NCBI GenBank assembly: GCA_001443495.1
Contig: LDXR01000007.1
Coordinates: forward strand, 51,398 to 115,397
DNA: 64,000 bases
Direction: 5' to 3'
Source of the DNA: a candidate division NC10 bacterium CSP1-5
Lineage (GTDB): Bacteria; Methylomirabilota; Methylomirabilia; Methylomirabilales; CSP1-5
The position numbers and the translations under genes were made by a program. Below are positions 18,009-27,313 of this stretch, piece by piece (the first letter of the stretch is position 1; each line of letters starts with the position of its first letter). Under the pieces are notes generated by a model. The model made no database searches and had not been told where the DNA came from. It worked only from the letters and a program-made list of their open reading frames with translations.

Positions 18009-18161
18009 TCACCGCAATATGATGATGGCGTTGGCCGTGAGAGCTGCTGCCAAAGCTGCCGCCAAGGTTGCCAGAATGAGTATGCAGAGGACTACGCCTA
18101 TGACTGTGGGGACGAGAATGGCAGCCATGATGCATTCCTCGATTATCTTCAAAACCTTCAT
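18009..18161 (-). CDS. Possible 50-aa hydrophobic membrane peptide
   Basis: GGAG lies 8 nt before the ATG. The sequence is MKVLKIIEECIMAAILVPTVIGVVLCILILATLAAALAAALTANAIIILR. The ORF is below the track cutoff when started at this ATG, and I recognise no homology. Confidence 0.3.
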   Translation of the reverse strand: MKVLKIIEECIMAAILVPTVIGVVLCILILATLAAALAAALTANAIIILR

Positions 18162-18314
18162 CAGTCCGACTCCGTGTGGCAAAAGGGATATCGCGACTCT
18201 GTTGAAGAGAATCGGCAGTGAGACGAGATGAGACAATCGGGTGAGCACCGGATATTTGGCGAGGGAAAATCCCGAAGGGAGGGGAAGGACACCCCCGAGG
18301 GGGCCTCCAGAATT

Positions 18315-18947
18315 TCAGGGCTGGATCAGCCCGCGGCGGATGGCGTAGCGCACCAGGCCGGCCGTCTGACGGATGTCGAGCTTCTCCATGAGCCGGGTGC
18401 GGTGGGATTCGATCGTCTTGACGCTCAACCCCAGCAGCCCAGCAATGTCCTTCGTCGTCTTCCCCTCGGCGATGAGCTGGAGGACTTCCCGCTCCCGCGG
18501 GGTCAGGGGATCGGCGGGGAGGTCGGTCTTGGCCAGATAAGCTTGCACGACGGCCTCGGAGATCCCGGGGCTCAGGTAGCGGCCCCCGCGCATGACCTCC
18601 TGGATGGCCTGAACGAGTTCGGCGATCGCCTGACTCTTCAACACGTAACCACGGACACCGGCCTGGAGGGCCGCGAGGACGTACTGGTCCGCCGTGTGCA
18701 CGGTTACCACGATCGTTTTCGTGCGGCGGGACGCCCGGGTGATCTCACGGGCGGCGTCGAGGCCATTCAGGAGGGGCATGGCAAGATCGAGGACGGCCAC
18801 ATCGGGCTCGAGTTCCTGGGCAAGTTGAGTGGCTTCGCGGCCGTCTGCAGCCTCACCGATGACGGTGAACCCGTGCTGTTCCAAAAGGGTTCTCAGTCCC
18901 TGGCGGATCAGCGGGTGATCATCCGCAATGAGGACTTGGCCCGACAT
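18315..18947 (-). CDS. NarL/FixJ-family response regulator (REC + LuxR-type HTH)
   Basis: VLIADDHPLIRQGL, ...DVAVLDLAMPLLNG and the C-terminal HTH LTPREREVLQLIAEGKTTKDIAGLLGLSVKTIESHR are present. Confidence 0.9.
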   Translation of the reverse strand: MSGQVLIADDHPLIRQGLRTLLEQHGFTVIGEAADGREATQLAQELEPDVAVLDLAMPLLNGLDAAREITRASRRTKTIVVTVHTADQYVLAALQAGVRGYVLKSQAIAELVQAIQEVMRGGRYLSPGISEAVVQAYLAKTDLPADPLTPREREVLQLIAEGKTTKDIAGLLGLSVKTIESHRTRLMEKLDIRQTAGLVRYAIRRGLIQP

Positions 18948-18999
18948 TGTCGCTCCCTACGGTGAAGGCCACGTGGTGGCGCTGAACAGGGCTCAGCGT

Positions 19000-19395
19000 T
19001 CACGCTAATGTAGCCTGCTTGCCCGGGCCGCCTTCCAAGACCTGCCGGATCGTGGTCAGGAGCTCCGGCACCCGAGTTCCTTTCGCCAGGAAGGCGTCGG
19101 CGCCGCTCTGAGCCGCCGCTTGACGGTAGGCGTCCTCGTGATATCGGGTAATGATGATAACCTTTGTTTCGGGCCGCTCGGCCTTGATCCTTCGGGTGGC
19201 CTCCAGCCCGTCGACCCGGGGCATCGCAAGGTCCATGAGGATGAGATCGGGCGACAGCGTCCGAGCAAGCTCGAGGGCCTCCGAGCCGTCCCCCGCCTCG
19301 CCTACCACCCTGAACCCCCGATCCTTTTCGAGAATTCGCATGAGGCTGTTGCGAACTCCTTCATTGTCGTCGACGATCAGGATTGTCGTGGGCAT
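19000..19395 (-). CDS. Single-domain (CheY-like) response regulator
   Basis: TILIVDDNEGVRNSL, ...DLILMDLAMPRVDG and ...KVIIITR are present, and there is no output domain. I chose ATG 19395 over the longer track ORF. Confidence 0.85.
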   Translation of the reverse strand: MPTTILIVDDNEGVRNSLMRILEKDRGFRVVGEAGDGSEALELARTLSPDLILMDLAMPRVDGLEATRRIKAERPETKVIIITRYHEDAYRQAAAQSGADAFLAKGTRVPELLTTIRQVLEGGPGKQATLA

Positions 19396-19595
19396 ATAGC
19401 AGTCGACTCTCATGCTGGTAGTCCAGATCGTCTCACAGATCAAACGCCTCTTGCTGATATTAAGCCAATCGGATGGGCCTTGGGGAATCGGGTAAAACCC
19501 GGATTCGGATGGGGGAAATCCCGCAAAAGCCACGCGGGACACCGTGGTTCCACGGTGGCAGCGCGGTCCCGCATGCGGCTGTCAGCCTAGGATGG

Positions 19596-20804
19596 TTACG
19601 AGTGATCCGGGTCCGCCACGACATCCTCGTCCTGCAAGGGGATCGTCAGCCGTAGTTCTGTTCCCTGGCCGGGGGCAGAAGTGATTGTGGCTCTGCCGCC
19701 CACCTCGGCCACCCGCTCTTGGATGCTAAGCAGGCCGATGCCCCGCCTGCCCCACTTGGCGAGGGCGGCCCGCACCTCAAAGCCGATCCCGTCATCGCGG
19801 ACGGTGCAACGGATTTGCTGGGGCTGTCGCTCGAGCTCGATCCACACCCGGCTGGCCCTCGCATGCTTCGCCACGTTCGTGAGCCCTTCCTGGACGCCTC
19901 GGTAAATGACCGTCTCGATCTCTCGCGAGGGACGCGGCCCGAGGGAGCCCTCCACTGTGATGTGAAGCCCTGTCCGGGTTGCCACTCCCTGGCCGAGAGA
20001 GTCCAGAGCGGGTTTGAGTCCCAGGTCGTCCAGGATCGGGGAGCGGAGTTCGTGGGAGAGGCGCCGGAGGTGCTCCTCGGCCTGGTGGAGCTGGCCGCGA
20101 ACCGCTTCGAGGTGCTCCTGTGCTTGCAGGGGGAGCGCCTCGGCCAGCTCCTCCAGCTTGAAGTGGATCGCGGCGAGGAGTTGCCCCGCGATATCGTGGA
20201 GGTCGCGGGCGATCCGTCTCGCCTCCACCTCCCGGGTCTGCTGCACTGCGGCCGCGAGCGCGCGGAGCTGGTCCCGATGGGAGACCAGATCTTCGTATAG
20301 CTTGGCGTTCTCGATGGCAACCCCGATGATGCTGCCGATGGCCCGGAGCGTATGCAGCTCGAGCGGGGAGAACGGCACATCGCTGCGCCGGGCGATGAGG
20401 GCCACACCCAGAGGCTCGGCCTTCGAAAGGAGGGGAACGCAGGCGACGATGCGGAAGCCTTCCCCATCCAGGCCGGCCCGAATGGCCGGATGCTTGATGG
20501 CCTCGACCGGCCATATACTCACCTTCTTCGAGGTAATCGACTCGTCAATGATCAGTGACTCGTTGGGCTTGATGGTTGCCGCATAGATCGGTGAGAATTC
20601 CTCATGAGGGCCGGCAGTCAGGATCCCGCTCGACAGGTCACGGAGGTACAGCCCTGCAATCCGCACCCCGAATGCGAGCCGGATTTCGGCAGCCGCGGTC
20701 TGGATGACCTCCTCTACTTTATGGGCGCGGCCCACGGCAACGGCAAGGTCGTGGAGGACCTGTCCATGGGCATCCGTAGGAGGGGGGCTGTGTTGTTCGC
20801 TCAT
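19596..20804 (-). CDS. GAF-sensor histidine kinase (HisKA_3 / NarX-type)
   Basis: The N-terminus is GAF-like. The H-box is RIARDLHDIAGQLL. HATPase motifs are LTNVAKHA, RDDGIGF and GIGLLSIQERV. The start is uncertain (20804 or 20822). Confidence 0.9.
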   Translation of the reverse strand: MSEQHSPPPTDAHGQVLHDLAVAVGRAHKVEEVIQTAAAEIRLAFGVRIAGLYLRDLSSGILTAGPHEEFSPIYAATIKPNESLIIDESITSKKVSIWPVEAIKHPAIRAGLDGEGFRIVACVPLLSKAEPLGVALIARRSDVPFSPLELHTLRAIGSIIGVAIENAKLYEDLVSHRDQLRALAAAVQQTREVEARRIARDLHDIAGQLLAAIHFKLEELAEALPLQAQEHLEAVRGQLHQAEEHLRRLSHELRSPILDDLGLKPALDSLGQGVATRTGLHITVEGSLGPRPSREIETVIYRGVQEGLTNVAKHARASRVWIELERQPQQIRCTVRDDGIGFEVRAALAKWGRRGIGLLSIQERVAEVGGRATITSAPGQGTELRLTIPLQDEDVVADPDHS

Positions 20805-21247
20805 GATCGGTCCGCAGAACACTCTGGTGTTCAGGATCCACTCCCGGGCATTCGCTCGGCAGGTTCAAGCGGATGGTGCCTGGGGGGAGTACGCCCGTGA
20901 AGGGGATTGCCCGAGATACGCCCTAATTGTTCATTGTGTTGATGTTATCGGGTTGTTGTGGATGGCTCCTTCCAAACCGCGCAGAGGCTATTATGCTTGG
21001 TCGGACTGATGCGTTTGAAGTTTTCAAAGGGGCAACCTCCATGCCAACATCGGACGGGATCCGTGCCTTTGGGAGCAGTCGCTTAATGTTCAAGGTCTTG
21101 TGCTTGTACCCCTTAACCCCTGTATCAGGGTTGAACGGCCCTTGGAGGTCGAGCGAGGAGGTAAGATTTACACACTCGCAAGAGAGCTCACCCCCCCGGG
21201 GGGGCTCATTGGGGCCGAGGTGGTGGATGGGCAGTGGCGGCCGGCGA

Positions 21248-22042
21248 TTAGAGGCGCAGGCGCATGCCGTCGTATGCGACCTCGTCTTCGAAGTCCTGGA
21301 GCCGGGCCAGGGCATCAGCGTGGAGGTGGGTGAGGAGCAGGCGTTTGCACTTGAGTGCCGATCGGTGCGCCCGGATATCCTCGTAGCTCATGTGAAAGCG
21401 GATTTTTCGATCATAGCGGTAGGACTCGCAGATGAAGAGGTCGCAGCCCTCGGCGAGGTCGATGAGGTTATCCGTCCACTCGGTGTCACCGGAGTACCCA
21501 AGAACCTTTCCTCCCGCCTTCACCTTGTACCCGTAAGGGATATCCCGCAGGTGATGGACCACCTCGAGTGGGAAGGCCTCTATCGGGCCGATCCGTGTCC
21601 ATTTCTTCGGCTCGAGCTCGAGATACTGGACCGTGAATCGCCGTGGCATCATCTCTCGCGTCTCTTTGTACATCAGTCCCCATAGGCCTTCGATGCACTG
21701 CTCGGTTCCGGGGGGGCCGGCGATGATCAGGGGCTCGTCACGCTGGGTGAGAAACTGATACTGTAGGAAGAGGAATGGAATGCCCGACATGTGATCCCCG
21801 TGCAGGTGGCTAATTAGGATGGCCCCGATGGCCCCCGGATCCAGGTTGAGCCGCTTCAACATGATGAGGGTCGTGGCCCCACAGTCGAGGAGAAAGCCCC
21901 AGGAGGGGAGATGTACCAGGAAGGCGGTGTGATTTCGTCCGCCGCTCCCGAACGCATCACCCGATCCGAGGACGATGAGTTCTACCGGTCCCTCGGGCAC
22001 CCCCCCGCCGCTCTCCCCTTTCTCTTTCTTCTGTGCCGTCAT
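21248..22042 (-). CDS. MBL-fold metallo-hydrolase (RNase Z / PhnP-like)
   Basis: LIVLGSGDAFGSGGR and ISHLHGDHMSGIPF are present. Confidence 0.85.
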   Translation of the reverse strand: MTAQKKEKGESGGGVPEGPVELIVLGSGDAFGSGGRNHTAFLVHLPSWGFLLDCGATTLIMLKRLNLDPGAIGAILISHLHGDHMSGIPFLFLQYQFLTQRDEPLIIAGPPGTEQCIEGLWGLMYKETREMMPRRFTVQYLELEPKKWTRIGPIEAFPLEVVHHLRDIPYGYKVKAGGKVLGYSGDTEWTDNLIDLAEGCDLFICESYRYDRKIRFHMSYEDIRAHRSALKCKRLLLTHLHADALARLQDFEDEVAYDGMRLRL

Positions 22043-22085
22043 TTCTCCCCCCGTTCCAACACCACGGCCTCTATGCGGTTCCCCT

Positions 22086-22580
22086 TCAGGGACGGGGACT
22101 GATGATCATCCACGTGCCGAGGCCGCGGGCGACGCGCCTCCCGTCGTGATCGAGGACATCGCCTTCCCCGACGACAAGGTGCTTCCCTTGCCGGATCACC
22201 CGCCCGTGGGCGGTGAGAGTGCCGCTCGTTGCCGCTTCGAGGAAATTGATCTTGAGTTCGGCGGTGACCAACTGTGCTCCTTCCCCCAGGCTGTTGTAGG
22301 CCGCCCAGCCAATCGCCTCATCCATCAGGGTACAAAGCACCCCGCCATGCACCACGCCACTCCGGTTTAACAGGAAGGGCCTCGCCGTGATCCGGGCCTC
22401 GGTCTCGCCGCTTTCCCGTCGCACGACCTCCTCTCCGATCAGGTCCCGATAGTGAGGGTGCTTTTGCTTCTTCCGGGCGGCCGCCAGCCTCTCACTCAGG
22501 GACAAGAGCTCTTCCCGCGCCTGCTCCCCGAGGGATCGAAACCGCTCCACGAGATCCCTTTCCTCGCTTGTCAGGTCCAC
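22086..22580 (-). CDS. PaaI-family hotdog-fold thioesterase
   Basis: NRSGVVHGGVLCTLMDEAIGWAAY and ...GRVIRQGKHLVVGEGDV are present. Confidence 0.8.
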   Translation of the reverse strand: MDLTSEERDLVERFRSLGEQAREELLSLSERLAAARKKQKHPHYRDLIGEEVVRRESGETEARITARPFLLNRSGVVHGGVLCTLMDEAIGWAAYNSLGEGAQLVTAELKINFLEAATSGTLTAHGRVIRQGKHLVVGEGDVLDHDGRRVARGLGTWMIISPRP

Positions 22581-22592
22581 CGGCGACTCCTT

Positions 22593-23699
22593 TCAGATCC
22601 GCTGGTTGAATTTTCCCGCGTACCCGGTCAGCTCCACATACCCGTGGCCGGTGACGGGGTTTCCCTCGTACGTCCCCGTCACGTTGACACTCCCCTCCCA
22701 GTAGATGACCTGGGTGCTCTTTCGCGTATCGAGCTCCTGGTCGGGAAGGCTCGGCCTCACCGTGAGGGCGAGGCGATGATGCGGAATCCGGATCTCCCAA
22801 CCCATCGGGTAGGTCGCCTGGCTCCGTGGGCTCCTCCAGGTCTCCGTCGCCCGGAGCTCTACCTGCGAGAGGGTCAGGTGACGCGAGCTGCCGTCAGGCA
22901 GGATCAGGGTCCCACTGGAATGGGTGTCGGGCCGCCCCCTCTTCTGGCGCATGAGATAGAACATCAGTTCCACGCGATTGTCGAGCTGAAGCCCAAACCA
23001 ATCCCATCCCTCGTGCTCCTCATGGAGCTGGCTGCTCCCGAACTCGTGATCCATCCAACTCCATCCCGCAACCCGCTCCGTCCTCCCCTGTACCGTCATC
23101 GTCCCGGCGGTCTCAAGCCGGGGGAGGGAATAGTAGTGCGAGGCGTAGCCTGCGCCCTCCCCCTTCTGGCTCACCCCATCCGTGCCGTGGACCACGGGCG
23201 GCTTGACCGGGGTCAGGGTCAGGTCCACGACGTACTGTTCGTCCTTGGCCCGGAGGCGATGAACATCTCCTTGTGCCTCAAGACGCCAGTCACCATTCCA
23301 GACCTTCAGGGCGGTGGTGCTTGCGCCGGCGGCCTCGAGCGCAGCGCGATTGAGGCGATCCGTGAAGTGGAAGTGCCCTCGGTCGAGATCCGAGACGGCG
23401 AAATGGGCCAGAAAGAGGTCTCGCACCGTCCACCGGGACGGATTGGCCGTGTCCCGTCCTTCTTCAGTCCCGACCCGGAAGAAGGTGACCTGGTACCCGT
23501 ACCGCCTTCCGTCGGTCGTCCGAAGGTGCCCGGTGTAGTACCACCACTCCGTCCTGAAATCCGGATGACTGAAATGATCCCGGGGGAACTCGAATCGGTA
23601 GCCGGGAAGGGCCCGGCGATACTCCCGGGCCTCGGCGCTCACACACAGACCGAGCAACAGCAGCAAGGGCCACCAGCGGGCTTTGCCGAAAAGAATCAT
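22593..23699 (-). CDS. Exported CrtC/AttH-like (hydroxyneurosporene synthase family) lipocalin-like protein
   Basis: A signal peptide is present. FEFPRDHFSHPDFRTEWWYYTGHL and ...YGYQVTFFR are characteristic of this family. Confidence 0.75.
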   Translation of the reverse strand: MILFGKARWWPLLLLLGLCVSAEAREYRRALPGYRFEFPRDHFSHPDFRTEWWYYTGHLRTTDGRRYGYQVTFFRVGTEEGRDTANPSRWTVRDLFLAHFAVSDLDRGHFHFTDRLNRAALEAAGASTTALKVWNGDWRLEAQGDVHRLRAKDEQYVVDLTLTPVKPPVVHGTDGVSQKGEGAGYASHYYSLPRLETAGTMTVQGRTERVAGWSWMDHEFGSSQLHEEHEGWDWFGLQLDNRVELMFYLMRQKRGRPDTHSSGTLILPDGSSRHLTLSQVELRATETWRSPRSQATYPMGWEIRIPHHRLALTVRPSLPDQELDTRKSTQVIYWEGSVNVTGTYEGNPVTGHGYVELTGYAGKFNQRI

Positions 23700-23851
23700 C
23701 CTGGGCCGACTCTAGAGGATGCGGCACCAGGTGTCAAGGCAACGGCCGCGATCCCGTCGTGCAGGCCGATCCGCGTTCTATTGACCGGCAATTGCCTGGG
23801 TGTTAGGGTAGGCCGTGCGTGCCACCATCGCCGGGCGGGTAGAGGGCGGGG

Positions 23852-23879
23852 GAAACTTTTCTGCCGCGGAGTTGTCGAA
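23852..23879 (+). promoter_or_regulatory. Possible ECF-type autoregulated promoter
   Basis: GAAACTT-16 nt-TCGAA resembles the GGAACTT/TCnAA pattern of ECF promoters. It ends 10 nt before ATG 23890. Confidence 0.35.
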
Positions 23880-23889
23880 TTCAGTAGAG

Positions 23890-24489
23890 ATGGCCACACG
23901 TGCCGTCATCTCCGGGGGTCGGGATCCGGACCACGACTTGGTGGATCGGGTGTTGGGTGGGGACCGGGAAGCGTTTGCGAGCCTCCTGACGCGGCATCAG
24001 AAGAAGGTCTTCAATTTTATGTATCGAATGGTCGGGGAGAGAGGGGTGGCAGAGGATCTCACCCAAGAGGTCTTTCTCAAGGTGTACGAGGCGTTGCCCG
24101 GGTTTCGAAAGGCGGCGACGTTCTCGACCTGGCTGTACCGTATCGCCCATAACCACTGCCTCAATGCGCTCAAAGGGAGAGGACGTGAGATCGCCGTGAG
24201 CGCTCTGACGAAAGAGCCGGCGCATGGCAATCCCGTGACGGCGTTTGTGGACCCCTCCGCCTCTCCCGAAGAGAGACTCGAGCAGCAGGAATTGCAAGCC
24301 GTGGTTCAAATGAAGCTGGCGGAGCTGACGCCGGAGCACCGAGCGGTCCTGGTCCTCAGAGATATCCAGGGGCTTTCCTACGACGAGATCGCGGTGACCC
24401 TTGAGCTAGAAGGCGGTACGGTGCGGTCCCGGCTGCACCGGGCCCGGATGGAGCTAAAAGAAAAACTGCGGAGCTATCTGGAGCTGTGA
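23890..24489 (+). CDS. ECF-type RNA polymerase sigma factor
   Basis: Region 2 is GDREAFASLLTRHQKKVFNFMYRMVGERGVAEDLTQEVFLKVY. Region 4 is LPEHRAVLVLRDIQGLSYDEIAVTLELEGGTVRSRLHRAR. Confidence 0.9.
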   Translation: MATRAVISGGRDPDHDLVDRVLGGDREAFASLLTRHQKKVFNFMYRMVGERGVAEDLTQEVFLKVYEALPGFRKAATFSTWLYRIAHNHCLNALKGRGREIAVSALTKEPAHGNPVTAFVDPSASPEERLEQQELQAVVQMKLAELTPEHRAVLVLRDIQGLSYDEIAVTLELEGGTVRSRLHRARMELKEKLRSYLEL

Positions 24490-25418
24490 TGCAGTGCCAA
24501 GATATTCGAAGCCAACTTTCAGCCTATCTCGAGGGCGAGCTTGGGGGGGCGCCGCGGCGCGTGGTTGAAGACCACCTCCGGGAGTGCGTGCGATGTCAGG
24601 GGGAGCTGGTACTGCTCCAGCGGACCATCGCCCTCCTGCGAGGGCTGGACGAGCTCGAGGTGCCAGCGCGGCTCGCGGACGCCGTCGAGGCCCGCATTGC
24701 CCCTCGCAAGACGTTTGGTTGGGGGCGCCTGGCCTCGTGGCTCTTCTTCCCCATCCATGTCAAGCTCCCGATCCAGGCTGTCGCCCTGTTGCTCGTAAGC
24801 CTCGGCGCCGTGTATCTCTATCGTTCCGCTCCGGAGCTCTCACAAGCACCGCAGCCTCCTGTTGCCACTGAATCGGCCCCTCGGGGGGAGGTGGTCCCTT
24901 CGACGGCGGCAGGGAGAGCCGATCGGCTCGATCGGCCCACCCGCCAGGAAGCCGCTGAGAAGTCCTCCGGGCAGAGAGAGCCCCAGAAGGAGCGCAAGGT
25001 GCCTGAGCAAGAGGATGCCGCCGCCCGCGCCCTGCGGAAGTCGGCCCCGGAGTCGGCCGTCTCGGCCAAGCCCGCAGAGGAGGCCGAGGCGCTCCGGGAA
25101 CGAGATATCGGCGCCCGGGTACTGCGCAAAGAGGCTCCGGCAGGAGCCACGATTGCGGCTCCTTTGCAGGACGTGATGCTTGAGACCTCTGATCCCGCTC
25201 GTGCAATCGTGCGGATCACAGAGATTGTCAGCGCGCTCGAGGGGAAAGTTGAAGTGAAGGAGGAACGTCACCTCATTCTCATGATCCCTGCCAAGGCCTA
25301 CTCGCACTTTTTGACCGCTCTCAAGGATTCGGGTTATGCCGTGTCCACGCCCACGGAGTCTCCCGCGGCACCCTCTCCCGAGGGTACGGTGACTTTCTCG
25401 CTGCGCCTGACCCCGTAG
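24489..25418 (+). CDS. Anti-sigma factor (zf-HC2 N-terminus, one TM segment, Ala/Glu/Pro-rich periplasmic part)
   Basis: CQDIRSQLSAYLEGEL and ...HLRECVRCQGEL match the H-x3-C-x2-C motif. The start overlaps the sigma-factor gene stop. The TM segment is WLFFPIHVKLPIQAVALLLVSLGAVYLY. Confidence 0.8.
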   Translation: MQCQDIRSQLSAYLEGELGGAPRRVVEDHLRECVRCQGELVLLQRTIALLRGLDELEVPARLADAVEARIAPRKTFGWGRLASWLFFPIHVKLPIQAVALLLVSLGAVYLYRSAPELSQAPQPPVATESAPRGEVVPSTAAGRADRLDRPTRQEAAEKSSGQREPQKERKVPEQEDAAARALRKSAPESAVSAKPAEEAEALRERDIGARVLRKEAPAGATIAAPLQDVMLETSDPARAIVRITEIVSALEGKVEVKEERHLILMIPAKAYSHFLTALKDSGYAVSTPTESPAAPSPEGTVTFSLRLTP

Positions 25419-25499
25419 AGATCACCCCGGGAACTTTTTTCGTGCCTCCTTGTCCAAAGGGTTGACGGCAAATTGACACCCTTTCACAAGGAGGTTTCC

Positions 25500-26945
25500 A
25501 TGCGACCGTATCTGCACGCGGGTGTTTTCGGGACGTTGCTCCTCTCCCTGGCGGCCCTGGGTGGGACGATCGAGGCCGGGGCCGGCAAGGGCACGGCGCC
25601 CGCAACGGAGGAGCATCAACAGGCCGTGGCGGTGACCATCTACAACGGCAACCTCGGGCTCGTGAAGGACATCCGAAAGATCCAGTTGGCCTCGGGGATC
25701 CATGACCTACAGTTCATGGATGTGGCCGCGCAGATCAATCCAACCACAGTCCATTTGAAATCCCTGACCGATCCGAGGGGGCTGCGAATTCTCGAACAGA
25801 ACTACGAGTACGACCTCCTCAATCCCCAGAAACTACTTGAAAAGTACGTTGGAAAGAAGATCCGGTTGTGGGAGAAGAACCCGTACACGGGGACGGAGCA
25901 GCAGGTCGAGGCTCTTCTCTTGAGCGTGAACGGCGGTCCTATCTATCAGATCGATGGGGCGATCCATCTCGGTCATCCGGGCCGGCCGATCCTCCCCTCG
26001 ATCCCGGACAATCTCATCGCCCGGCCGACCCTGATTTGGCGCCTGGAAAACTCGACCCCCCGGTCCCAGATGATCGAGGCGACGTATCTCACGGGCGGTA
26101 TCACCTGGCGCGCCGACTACGTCCTCACGCTGAACGCGGAGGACAATCGGGGCGACCTGGGCGGGTGGGTGACCATCGATAATCGCAGCGGGGCGACCTA
26201 CAAAGACGCCACGCTGAAGCTGGTTGCGGGCGATATCCACCAGGCCGTGGGCGAGCGCGAGATGGCTGATGCCATGGGAAAGATGGCCGCCAGGGCCGAA
26301 GCCCCGAAGCCAGCATTTCAGGAAGAGGGGTTCTTCGAGTATCACCTCTACTCCCTCGACGGCAAGACGACCGTCAAGCAGAACCAGTCCAAGCAGATTA
26401 GCCTCCTCAGCGCCTCCGAGATTCCCATTCGGAAGGAGCTGATCTACTATGGGGCGCAGCACTACTACCGGAATCGGTACGGGGAGCCGATCTCGAACCA
26501 GAAGGTCGGCGTCTATCTGGAGGTCGCCAACAAGAAGGAGAACCGTCTGGGGATCCCGCTGCCCAAGGGGGTGGTCCGGGTTTATAAGGCGGACCGCTCC
26601 GGCGCTGCGCAATTCATCGGCGAGGACCGGATCGACCACACGCCCAAAGATGAGAAGGTCAAGATCAAGATGGGCGAGGCGTTTGATGTCGTGGGGCAAC
26701 GCATCCAGAAGGATTGGCGCAAGATCGCCCCGCAGGTGTATGAGGTCGAGTGGGAGATCTCCCTGCGAAACCACAAAGACGAGGCCGTGGAGGTGCGGGT
26801 GGTTGAGCCGATCCCCGGGGACTGGCAGGTGCTCCATTCGAGTCACGCGTACGAGAAGGTGGAGGCCCACACCCTCGCCTTCCCCGTGAAGATCCCCAAG
26901 GAGAGCGGGGTCAAGATCTCATACCGGGTGCGCCTCACCTGGTAA
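25500..26945 (+). CDS. Exported DUF4139-family protein
   Basis: AAGGAGG precedes ATG 25500 and a signal peptide is present. AVTIYNGNLGLVKDIRK, ...TWRADYVL and ...GWVTIDNRSG are typical of DUF4139. Confidence 0.8.
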   Translation: MRPYLHAGVFGTLLLSLAALGGTIEAGAGKGTAPATEEHQQAVAVTIYNGNLGLVKDIRKIQLASGIHDLQFMDVAAQINPTTVHLKSLTDPRGLRILEQNYEYDLLNPQKLLEKYVGKKIRLWEKNPYTGTEQQVEALLLSVNGGPIYQIDGAIHLGHPGRPILPSIPDNLIARPTLIWRLENSTPRSQMIEATYLTGGITWRADYVLTLNAEDNRGDLGGWVTIDNRSGATYKDATLKLVAGDIHQAVGEREMADAMGKMAARAEAPKPAFQEEGFFEYHLYSLDGKTTVKQNQSKQISLLSASEIPIRKELIYYGAQHYYRNRYGEPISNQKVGVYLEVANKKENRLGIPLPKGVVRVYKADRSGAAQFIGEDRIDHTPKDEKVKIKMGEAFDVVGQRIQKDWRKIAPQVYEVEWEISLRNHKDEAVEVRVVEPIPGDWQVLHSSHAYEKVEAHTLAFPVKIPKESGVKISYRVRLTW

Positions 26946-27048
26946 TGTCGCTTTGTCAGCCTGGGGAGGGCCGGCCCGCTCGGCTGCGGGTCCGCCCCTC
27001 CCTCGGCTTCCCGCCCCACAACCGTACTTCCCAGGCGGCGCCTGCAAG

Positions 27049-27211
27049 CCCCGAGCGACATTGCCGAGAGCGGCGGGGCCCCTCGGCGTGCGGCGGCCTG
27101 GGAAACCGAGGCGCGATCCATGCGGGCCGGTCTTGCACGGAGCGTGAACACGGAGGGACCCAGGCCGCAAGCGGCCGATCAGGGTCGCCGCGGAAGGCCT
27201 GGAGGGAGGGG
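27049..27211. repeat. Copy B of the GC-rich intergenic repeat
   Basis: By hand alignment it is ~89% identical to 8868..9030. The same three internal stems are retained. A 12-nt partner of the left box (GGTAATGTCGCT, 26941..26952) lies upstream and overlaps the DUF4139 stop codon. Confidence 0.7.
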
Positions 27212-27313
27212 CGAAGGCGCCGCTTCTTCTCCCGGCGCACTTGACTTTGTTGCGAAGGGACGGATAGCCTGGAGCGGGATAGGTGAGGGACATTTTGGAG
27301 TGGGAGGGATGCC

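Noticed and set aside
17974-18231. Plus-strand ORFs 17974..18231 and 17991..18221, in the same locus as the hydrophobic peptide candidate.
   Set aside because: They have no ribosome-binding site and odd composition. They are mutually overlapping frames, and the minus-strand peptide ORF is the only one with a Shine-Dalgarno sequence and coherent hydrophobicity.
21191-21204. The C7G7 perfect palindrome (CCCCCCCGGGGGGG) downstream of the MBL gene at 21248.
   Set aside because: It is most simply a GC-rich terminator-type hairpin at the 3' end of that gene. It has no repeat partner elsewhere in the window.
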